Assembly: GCA_964608385.1 (NCBI GenBank)
Contig: CAZSOP010000002.1
Location: 1-32,970, forward strand
Source of the DNA: an uncultured Cytophagia bacterium
GTDB lineage: Bacteria > Zhuqueibacterota > Zhuqueibacteria > Residuimicrobiales > Oceaniaggregativiventaceae
Reading direction: 5' to 3'
DNA length: 32,970 nucleotides
Shown one piece after another: positions 26,534 to 32,970 of the stretch; the first letter of the stretch is position 1, and every line of letters begins with the position of its first letter. Made by a program: the position numbers and the translations under genes. The notes beneath the pieces were generated by a model that made no database searches, was not told the origin of the DNA, and saw only the letters and a program-made list of their open reading frames with translations.

Positions 26534-27931
26534 CTAGAGTTTTTTAATATCAGCAATCAGTTCCTGCACTTTTTCGCGTGCAGAGCCGAAATACATCATG
26601 GTTTTCTTGTTATAGAAGAGTTCATTGTCAATGCCGGCAAAGCCAACATTAAGGCTTCGTTTGATAATGATAACATGTTTGGCTTTATCGGCATCGAGAA
26701 TCGGCATCCCATAAATTGGGCTCGTGGTGTCGGTACGTGCTGCCGGATTGATGACATCGTTGGCACCGATAACGAGGACGACATCCGTATGCGGAAATTC
26801 GGGATTGATATCATCCATATCATAAAGCAGATTATAGGGTACATTGGCTTCAGCGAGCAAAACATTCATATGTCCGGGCATGCGTCCGGCGACGGGATGA
26901 ACGGCGAATTTTACCTCAATGTCGCGTTTTTGCAGCAATTCGCTCAGTTCCCGTACTGCGTGCTGGGCCTGAGCTGCTGCCATTCCATAACCCGGAACAA
27001 TGATAACGGATTGTGCATAGCCCATAACCATGGCGGTTTCTTCGGAATCCACGGATTTGACCGATTTTTGTTCATCTGAGGTGGTGCCGGCGGCCATATC
27101 ACCGGTACCAAAGGCGCTGAACAAGACATTGGCCAGCGAGCGGTTCATCGCCTTGCACATAATCTGGGTCAGGATCAATCCTGCGGCTCCAACCAGTGCG
27201 CCGGCGATAATGAGAATATGATTCTTGACCACAAAACCGGCTGCGCAGGCGGCAAGTCCTGAAAAAGAGTTTAACAGCGATATGACGACCGGCATATCGG
27301 CACCGCCGATGGGAATGACGAATAAAACACCATAGATCAGGGCGATGGCCACAACAACATAAAAGAGCCAGATCGCGGGCGTTCCTGCAATGATCAATAT
27401 TCCCAGTACCAGCGCTGCCGCGAGCAGCAGAACATTGACCAGTTGTTGCATGGGAAAGGTGATCGGAGAACCGCTGATAAATCCCTGCAGCTTGCCAAAG
27501 GCGATAAAGCTGCCGGATAATGTGATACCACCGATCAATACGCCGAGAATGGTGGTAATGGAAACATCCAGGGTCATCACCGCAGTGGGTGAGGAGGTCA
27601 GCCGAATGAATTCGGCCACGGCGACCAGTGCTGATGCGCCGCCGCCAAAACCGTTGAAAATCCCCACCATTTCCGGCATGGCGGTCATCTTAACCAGTCT
27701 GGCCGACAGAGCACCGATAATGGACCCAATAACAATCGCCACTGCAATCCAGGTAAAACTGACGATCTGCTTGTCTAAAAGTGTAACCACGATAGCGATG
27801 AGCATTCCCAGGGCAGCGATCCGATTGCCCCGGCGCGCTGTCGCCGGTGAGCTCAGATATCTTAATCCTAAAATAAAAAACGAAGCGGCAACGAGATAGG
27901 ATAAACCGATTAACGTTGATCTAGCATCCAT
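26534..27931 (-). CDS. pntB: NAD(P) transhydrogenase subunit beta
   Basis: The ORF track extends to 28063, overlapping the upstream gene. ATG 27931 (MDARSTLIGLSYLVAASFFILGLRYLSSP...) gives the canonical PntB N-terminus. The protein has a polytopic N-terminal half and a C-terminal NADP(H) domain (IVPGYGMAAAQAQH, VIGANDVINPAA). Confidence 0.93.
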   Translation of the reverse strand: MDARSTLIGLSYLVAASFFILGLRYLSSPATARRGNRIAALGMLIAIVVTLLDKQIVSFTWIAVAIVIGSIIGALSARLVKMTAMPEMVGIFNGFGGGASALVAVAEFIRLTSSPTAVMTLDVSITTILGVLIGGITLSGSFIAFGKLQGFISGSPITFPMQQLVNVLLLAAALVLGILIIAGTPAIWLFYVVVAIALIYGVLFVIPIGGADMPVVISLLNSFSGLAACAAGFVVKNHILIIAGALVGAAGLILTQIMCKAMNRSLANVLFSAFGTGDMAAGTTSDEQKSVKSVDSEETAMVMGYAQSVIIVPGYGMAAAQAQHAVRELSELLQKRDIEVKFAVHPVAGRMPGHMNVLLAEANVPYNLLYDMDDINPEFPHTDVVLVIGANDVINPAARTDTTSPIYGMPILDADKAKHVIIIKRSLNVGFAGIDNELFYNKKTMMYFGSAREKVQELIADIKKL

Positions 27932-27959
27932 AGAGTCATCTTTCTCTTTGTATTCAATA

Positions 27960-28253
27960 TCACTTTTTGTTTTCTTTCTTTTTAAACATTTCCAGCATAC
28001 GGTCGGTAACCATAAATCCGCCGACAACATTAATGGTTGCGAAAACAATGGCAACCATTCCAAGTATCAGGGTGAGCGTGGAATCCTGTCGTCCGCTGAC
28101 CAGCAACGCCCCGATAATCGCAATACCTGAAATGGCGTTTGCTCCGGACATCAGTGGTGTGTGCAATGTCGGCGGTACTTTGGTAATCACCTCAAATCCG
28201 ACAAATGCTGAGAGAACAAAAATAACGAGTCCGATTAGCAGTTCTTCTGGCAT
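27960..28253 (-). CDS. pntAB: NAD(P) transhydrogenase subunit alpha part 2 (membrane part)
   Basis: 97 aa with three TM helices and TPLMSGANAISGIAIIGAL, typical of the split alpha2 subunit. It sits between pntAA and pntB. Confidence 0.88.
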   Translation of the reverse strand: MPEELLIGLVIFVLSAFVGFEVITKVPPTLHTPLMSGANAISGIAIIGALLVSGRQDSTLTLILGMVAIVFATINVVGGFMVTDRMLEMFKKKENKK

Positions 28254-28265
28254 GACAATACCTCT

Positions 28266-29396
28266 TTATGCGTTTAATAACTCTTTTGTTTTTTCATGAA
28301 TGGTCTGTCCATCATGGGTGATACAGGCTCCCCTGATGATTTCATCTTCAAAATTGAGATTGAGCTTGCCCTCTTTAATCATGAGTTTGAACAGAGACAT
28401 GATATTGCGGGCGTACATCTGGCTGGTATCCATCGCCATCCGGGCGGGCAGATTGACCGGCCCCATAATGGTTACACCGTCAACGTCAACATTTTCACCG
28501 GCTTTAGACCCCTGGATGTTTCCGCCTTGCTCTACCGCCATGTCCACCAGAACGCTGCCCGGTTGCATATCTTTGACCATTTTTTCAGTCACCAGTACAG
28601 GGGCCTTTTTACCCGGAACCTGGGCAGTGGTGATGACAATATCCGCTGCGGCAACATGGTTATGGATGGTCTGCTGAATAACGCTTTTGCTTTTATCGGA
28701 AACGTCTTTCGCATAACCGCCCTCGGCTTCTGTTTCTTCGTCGAGGGTGACGTCGATGAATTTGGCGCCGAGGCTTTGTACTTCTTCTTTTGCTGCCGGA
28801 CGGATATCATAGGCTTCCACCTTGGCACCGAGACGATGGGCGGTAGCGATGGCCTGCAAACCGGCGACACCGGCGCCAAGAACCACCACTTTGGCGGGCG
28901 GTATGGTGCCTGCAGCCGTGGTCAGCATGGGTAAGAATTTACGAATAAAAGCCGCAGCCAGCAAAACCGCTTTATACCCGGCGGCCGATGCCTGTGAAGA
29001 GAGCGCATCCATGCTTTGCGCCCTGGAAATTCGCGGTATGGTATCCATGGCGAAACTGGTGATCTTTCTTTTGTTGAGCTCGTTGCTGATTTCGGGATTG
29101 CGCAGCACTTCCAGATATGAGACGAGCACACAGCCCTCCGGATAAGACTCTACCTCTTTTTTTTCCGGCGGGCGTACTTTGAAAATAATTTCTGCACCGT
29201 TATAAAGCTCTTTTTCCGAACCGGCTATTTTGGCGCCGGCTTTTTCATACTCTTCATCCGTATAATGAGACAATTTTCCTGCAGAGGATTGTATGACGAT
29301 TTCAATGTCATCGCTTTTCAATTTTTTAATGCTATCCGGTGTCATTGCCACCCGATTTTCGTCGGCCAGGATCTCCTTTGCAACGGCTATTTTCAT
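28266..29396 (-). CDS. pntAA: NAD(P) transhydrogenase subunit alpha part 1 (NAD(H)-binding dI)
   Basis: The ORF track extends to 29459. ATG 29396 (MKIAVAKEILADENRVAMTPD) follows GGGAG at 5-nt spacing, and the candidate promoter lies downstream of 29459. A Rossmann motif VVVLGAGVAGLQAI is present. Confidence 0.92.
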   Translation of the reverse strand: MKIAVAKEILADENRVAMTPDSIKKLKSDDIEIVIQSSAGKLSHYTDEEYEKAGAKIAGSEKELYNGAEIIFKVRPPEKKEVESYPEGCVLVSYLEVLRNPEISNELNKRKITSFAMDTIPRISRAQSMDALSSQASAAGYKAVLLAAAFIRKFLPMLTTAAGTIPPAKVVVLGAGVAGLQAIATAHRLGAKVEAYDIRPAAKEEVQSLGAKFIDVTLDEETEAEGGYAKDVSDKSKSVIQQTIHNHVAAADIVITTAQVPGKKAPVLVTEKMVKDMQPGSVLVDMAVEQGGNIQGSKAGENVDVDGVTIMGPVNLPARMAMDTSQMYARNIMSLFKLMIKEGKLNLNFEDEIIRGACITHDGQTIHEKTKELLNA

Positions 29397-29438
29397 ATCT
29401 ACTCCCGGGGATTTTTCATAAAGAATTTTTAATCTTAA

Positions 29439-29467
29439 AATATACTTGTTGTTGGCCAAAAAATCAA
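29439..29467 (-). promoter_or_regulatory. Candidate sigma70-type promoter for the pnt operon (TTGATT-N17-TATATT)
   Basis: On the minus strand, TTGATT (29467-29462), a 17-nt spacer and TATATT (29444-29439), about 36 nt upstream of the pntAA ATG at 29396. Confidence 0.5.
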
Positions 29468-29505
29468 GAAATAATCAAAATCATCAGCGCCGGATCGCCG
29501 CAGAA

Positions 29506-30579
29506 TCATGAGATTTCAAGCATCCGGTCTACGGCTTTTTGTGCTTTCTTGCGAATCTCTTCGGGCACCTCTATCTCGTATCGCATATATTTTAAGGAAT
29601 TGAATGTTTCCTCAAGCGTAATCAATTTCATGTGCGGACATTTGATATCACATACGCGTACAAGATTTTTTTCCGGATTCTCCGCCACGATATTCTCCGC
29701 CATACTGCTTTCCGTAAGCAGTAAATAATGTGGCGCATCAGAGGTTTTGATATAATCGATCATTTTGGAAGTGCTGGCCGCATAATCCGATGCCTCCACT
29801 ACCTCAGGACTGCATTCGGGATGAGCCAGTACCACGACATCAGGGTATTGCTTGCGAACCGCCTCGATATCTTTAACGCTGAACTGTTCGTGAACTTCGC
29901 ATCGACCCTGCCAACCGACTAAATCGTATTCAGCGCTCCCTCTCGGATGCACAAGCGTGCCATTCACAGTTTTTTTGGGAAAAATAATGGTCTTGCCGGT
30001 TTCAGCTGCAACATTGCCGGCGAGATATTCGTCCGGCAGAAAAATGATGCGGTCGGAATCGATGGACTCGATGACGCGTTTGGCATTCCCGGAAGTACAG
30101 CAATAATCGGATTCCGCTTTTACATCGGCATAGGTGTTTACATAGGTCACCACCGGTACACCGGGATAGCGTTTCTTTAATTGTCTTATGTCTTCTGCAG
30201 TAATGCTTTCCGCCAAAGAACAACCCGCTTTTGTGGAGGGGATGAGAACAGTCTTGTCCGGACTGAGAATTTTTGCGGTTTCAGCCATAAATTCCACGCC
30301 GCAAAAGACAATAACGTCTTTATCCGTATGAGCAGCCTTGCGGCTGAGCTCAAGAGAATCGCCGACATAATCGGGAACGGTATGATATAATATTGGTTCC
30401 ATATAATTATGCCCGAGAATAACGGCTTTGCGTTCTTTTTTTAACTGATTGATCTTGTAAACCAGGGGAGCTTTTTGTTCGATTTCGGATTCGGAAATAA
30501 AATCACCGAGCATAGCTTTCATCTTGTCCCGTGTTGCCTGGATGCTCTTTTGGTTTATTGCCATTATTGTCACTTTCAT
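29506..30579 (-). CDS. nadA: Quinolinate synthase
   Basis: The ORF-track frame starts at TTG 30594. ATG 30579 or ATG 30564 is more likely, because the candidate promoter places the TSS at about 30595. Motifs are VILGHNYM, DYVGDSLELSRKAA, FCGVEFMAE and HPEC. The long N-terminal form resembles B. subtilis-type NadA. Confidence 0.9.
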   Translation of the reverse strand: MKVTIMAINQKSIQATRDKMKAMLGDFISESEIEQKAPLVYKINQLKKERKAVILGHNYMEPILYHTVPDYVGDSLELSRKAAHTDKDVIVFCGVEFMAETAKILSPDKTVLIPSTKAGCSLAESITAEDIRQLKKRYPGVPVVTYVNTYADVKAESDYCCTSGNAKRVIESIDSDRIIFLPDEYLAGNVAAETGKTIIFPKKTVNGTLVHPRGSAEYDLVGWQGRCEVHEQFSVKDIEAVRKQYPDVVVLAHPECSPEVVEASDYAASTSKMIDYIKTSDAPHYLLLTESSMAENIVAENPEKNLVRVCDIKCPHMKLITLEETFNSLKYMRYEIEVPEEIRKKAQKAVDRMLEIS

Positions 30580-30602
30580 CGTTGTAAAGGCCAAATTTTT
30601 CT

Positions 30603-30631
30603 AAAATAGATAAATTCGCCGTAAAAGTCAA
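30603..30631 (-). promoter_or_regulatory. Candidate sigma70-type promoter for nadA (TTGACT-N17-TATTTT)
   Basis: On the minus strand, TTGACT (30631-30626), a 17-nt spacer and TATTTT (30608-30603), in the 66-nt gap between the rsmF-like stop and nadA. Confidence 0.5.
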
Positions 30632-30660
30632 GATTCGGCTGTCTGATTTAGATAATGGTT

Positions 30661-31731
30661 CTACAGAACAAGGTGAAATCGATGCGGCAAGAGGATTTTT
30701 AGCCTGTTGTTAAAAAGCGATACGGTGGCCAACCGGTTTTGATCATGAGTAAGGATATAATATCCGTCGGCATTGCCGTGCCAATCCAATTCGCCCTGCT
30801 CGAAGAGCCTTTGCAGCTCCGAATTGCCAAGTTCGAGCAAATGGTGACGGATATAGGGTGCGAAAAACTGGACGCCGGCATTGGTCAGCTTCCAGCCTTC
30901 CTTTCTGGGGATGGCCAGAGATAAACCCGCTTTATAAAACCCGGTCTCGGGGATGTTTTGCCACACCGGTGATAAGAGCCAGAGCTTTTTAGTCGTCAAC
31001 CGGTAAGTATATGATCTTAAAAGTTCGATATCGATTTCCCACAGTTCATTTATATTTTCGAGAATGGAGGCAATATCGTCATTTGTGCTGTCATACAGCG
31101 TTATGCCCGGCACGAAAACGGTTTTATCGGCAGCGGAATCACTGGTCTTTCTCAGGCATGCCATAAAGAATCCTTCAAAGGGATACGAAAAGGGATAGAT
31201 GCGCCTGGCTTTGTTCAATGCCGGATTGAGCAATGTTTTACGATATTTTGTTATGCCCTCTCGGAACCTTTTTTCGTCAATCGGACACTCTTCCATGCTG
31301 ACGGACCGCGGATAGCGTTCCAGGATTCGGTTGATGATCATCTCATTTTCTTCGACAGAGAGGGAACAGGTTGAATAGACCACCAAGCCACCGACTTTGA
31401 CAGCTTTTAGTGCAGAGACGAGCAGATGATATTGCAGGTCCGCCTGCCCGGCAGCCGCTTTGCCGAATAATCTCGCATTGGTATAAAGCTGACTTGGCAA
31501 TTTGCCGAGGTTTGTGCAGGGTGCGTCCAGCAAAACGCGGTCAAAATGATTGGGAAACAATCTTCCTATTCGTTGTCCGGGCAGCATGAATACGGCATCA
31601 TATATCACACCGTTTCTGCTCAGATTGGTCAGAAGAGGTTGCATGCGGCGGTTGGAAACATCGTTGAGAAGGGTTTGCAGGTAGGAATAGAGTTCCTGGT
31701 TGACGATCTTTTTCTTATGCCGAGAGTTCAT
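30661..31731 (-). CDS. RsmF/RsmB (NOL1/NOP2/Sun)-family RNA cytosine-C5 methyltransferase homologue lacking the N-terminal domain and SAM-binding motif I (possible gene remnant)
   Basis: 356 aa. It retains motif IV FDRVLLDAPC (DAPC at nt 31516-31527), motif VI VVYSTCSL (TC at nt 31366-31371), EGFFMACLRK and an RsmF-like C-terminal domain. By alignment from memory, Met1 falls where AAPGGKT should be (MNSRHKKK). An in-frame TAA at 31750-31752 blocks any upstream extension. Confidence 0.7.
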   Translation of the reverse strand: MNSRHKKKIVNQELYSYLQTLLNDVSNRRMQPLLTNLSRNGVIYDAVFMLPGQRIGRLFPNHFDRVLLDAPCTNLGKLPSQLYTNARLFGKAAAGQADLQYHLLVSALKAVKVGGLVVYSTCSLSVEENEMIINRILERYPRSVSMEECPIDEKRFREGITKYRKTLLNPALNKARRIYPFSYPFEGFFMACLRKTSDSAADKTVFVPGITLYDSTNDDIASILENINELWEIDIELLRSYTYRLTTKKLWLLSPVWQNIPETGFYKAGLSLAIPRKEGWKLTNAGVQFFAPYIRHHLLELGNSELQRLFEQGELDWHGNADGYYILTHDQNRLATVSLFNNRLKILLPHRFHLVL

Positions 31732-31932
31732 ATGGTTGAGCGCTGATTTTTATGAGAAAAAAGGCATTTCCGTTGATCCATTTTACGCAAACATGGTTAT
31801 TAACCGTATTTAACAGTAGCTTAATAGATTCTTAATTAATAAATCCATTAGAACAATTGCAATGTTTTTATCTCCCGTTCAGTTGATCTTGATAAAAGAA
31901 AGATGTAAAAGAATCGCTTCAGGATTAATGCG

Positions 31933-31960
31933 ACCTTGCTTTAACAAGGTTTTGATTTTT
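31933..31960 (+). terminator. Orphan terminator-like hairpin in an AT-rich spacer
   Basis: ACCTTG (31933-31938), loop CTTTAA, CAAGGT (31945-31950), then TTTGATTTTT. No + strand gene lies upstream of it. Confidence 0.3.
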
Positions 31961-32058
31961 ATTAAAATTATGCTAGATTAGGAATCGTTATTAATAGTAA
32001 ACACCAGATCAAGCAAATAAAAATTTGAGATATTGGCTGTAAAATAAAGTAAAACACT

Positions 32059-32970
32059 ATGCCTAAGAAGAACGCTCTGATTGTATTGGCCATTTTAATC
32101 GCGTTGGTTTTTTTACTCATTATTATCAAAGTACCTCACAAGATCAAAACGCCGTGTCGTTTTTTGTCTCAGGCGGAATGGTCACTGCAATTGAATCAGA
32201 CGGAAAAGTTTCTTTCCAGATATACGGAAAACTTTGGTACATTGAATGATCAATTCGATCTGTTGCAGTTCGATCGACTCGATTTTGTTAAATTCCGGCT
32301 GAATTCCGGATTTCAGATCGGCCAGTGGGTGGAACAGGACGATTCTATCGGAATGATCTACTCTTCAGAAAATCATCTGCGTTTGGCTGATTTGAGTTCA
32401 AGGTTGCTGGCGTTGCAGGCCGAACTTCGCTCTGTACAGAGCGGGGAAAAAGCCGCTGTAATTGAAGAGGCTGAAAAGGCTTTTGAATATGCACAGGAAC
32501 AATTGTCCGCTTTTAAACCCGAGTTTGAACGCAAAAAAGAGCTTCGCCAACGGCATTTGATCAGTGAACAGGATTTTGAACAGGCACGGGCCACGTTCAA
32601 GTTATACCAGATCAATACAGAACTTAACAAAGCCAGGCTCGAAGCGGTGCGCACCGGGGAAAAAAAGGAACAAATACAAATTATACGCGCACAGGTGAAC
32701 GGCTTGTGTGAACAAATCAAACTCTTGGAAAAAAAGATCAGCAACGAAACGATCGTGACTCCTGTTCCCGGCGTCATCACCAGTCCGCGGGATTCGACCA
32801 TGCTCTGTCGGGTGGAAAAGGTAGATACCCTGGTCTGTTTTATTCCGGTGGCGGAACACGAACTGAAATACGTGGAAAAAGGACAGCGAATTCACATTCA
32901 ATCAAATTCAGCCGATATCGACCTGTCTGCCTGTACGGTGGATGAGATCGGCAATCGCGTTTATATCAAG
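32059..32970 (+). CDS. HlyD-family membrane-fusion / periplasmic adaptor protein, N-terminal 304 aa (continues beyond window end)
   Basis: Not in the ORF track because it has no stop in the window. My own translation from ATG 32059 is open to 32970. It begins MPKKNALIVLAILIALVFLLIIIK (TM anchor), followed by a long coiled-coil hairpin (LQAELRSVQSGEKAAVIEEAEKAFEYAQEQL ... ISEQDFEQARATFKLYQ ... RTGEKKEQIQIIRAQV) and then TIVTPVPGVIT, the classic MFP lipoyl-domain return strand. Confidence 0.8.
   Translation, partial: MPKKNALIVLAILIALVFLLIIIKVPHKIKTPCRFLSQAEWSLQLNQTEKFLSRYTENFGTLNDQFDLLQFDRLDFVKFRLNSGFQIGQWVEQDDSIGMIYSSENHLRLADLSSRLLALQAELRSVQSGEKAAVIEEAEKAFEYAQEQLSAFKPEFERKKELRQRHLISEQDFEQARATFKLYQINTELNKARLEAVRTGEKKEQIQIIRAQVNGLCEQIKLLEKKISNETIVTPVPGVITSPRDSTMLCRVEKVDTLVCFIPVAEHELKYVEKGQRIHIQSNSADIDLSACTVDEIGNRVYIK

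Noticed and set aside
26510-28934. Long + strand ORFs antisense to pntB, pntAB and pntAA (189, 169, 110, 212 and 125 aa).
   Set aside because: They lie fully inside strongly supported transhydrogenase genes on the other strand. Their composition (Ala/Pro/Ser/Thr-rich) is the typical mirror of membrane-protein codons.
32373-32901. Minus-strand ORFs of 142 aa and 99 aa.
   Set aside because: They are antisense to the open-ended HlyD-type gene, which has a clear TM anchor, coiled-coil and lipoyl-strand organisation.
1-32970. Window-wide look for CRISPR repeats, tRNA/rRNA, IS elements, integrases, toxin-antitoxin pairs, and long direct or inverted repeats marking islands.
   Set aside because: Nothing was found by eye. 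There were no periodic 25-40-bp repeats, no T-loop GGTTCGAATCC-type motifs in intergenic DNA, no transposase-like ORFs and no obvious compositional break. A computational repeat and tRNA scan would be needed to be definitive.

Overview
This is a 32.97-kb chromosomal segment of a diderm (Gram-negative-type) bacterium, roughly mid-40s % GC by eye. It holds 26 protein-coding genes. Two of them run off the window edges and are therefore missing from the supplied ORF track. I found no rRNA, tRNA, CRISPR array, transposase/integrase or recognisable defence gene.

Content is mostly core metabolism: rpsT, guaB, hutH, a lytic transglycosylase, pckA co-oriented with a split class-I (Fe-S) fumarate hydratase, and an M16 peptidase pair. 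It also includes a succinate:quinone oxidoreductase operon in the unusual order sdhA-C-D-B, a DAACS symporter, hsp20, a three-gene pntAA-pntAB-pntB transhydrogenase, nadA and a partial HlyD-type adaptor.

Several ORF-track starts look over-extended. Shine-Dalgarno sites and recurring TTGAYT-N17-TAnnnT promoters support shorter genes for sdhA, sdhB, pntB, pntAA, fumarase alpha, nadA and the small membrane protein.

Five items deserve a second look:
(1) A 1024-aa, highly divergent GlnE/GlnD-like tandem nucleotidyltransferase. It forms a promoter-to-terminator unit with an unknown membrane-anchored protein and the DAACS transporter, and no glnA/glnB lies nearby.
(2) A 962-aa secreted protein that fuses an intact HExxH...E MA-clan peptidase domain, a TolB-like PD40 propeller and a C-terminal Omp85-type barrel. 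A BamB-like lipoprotein gene follows 4 nt after it.
(3) A non-catalytic M16 subunit with a ~230-aa LolA-like C-terminal extension.
(4) An RsmF-like m5C methyltransferase gene that is cut off exactly at SAM-binding motif I, next to a 327-bp AT-rich spacer.
(5) A 550-bp non-coding region upstream of hsp20 with a sigma54-like -24/-12 element and upstream palindromes.

None of these can be shown to be novel from sequence alone. Every functional reading beyond motif presence is inference.
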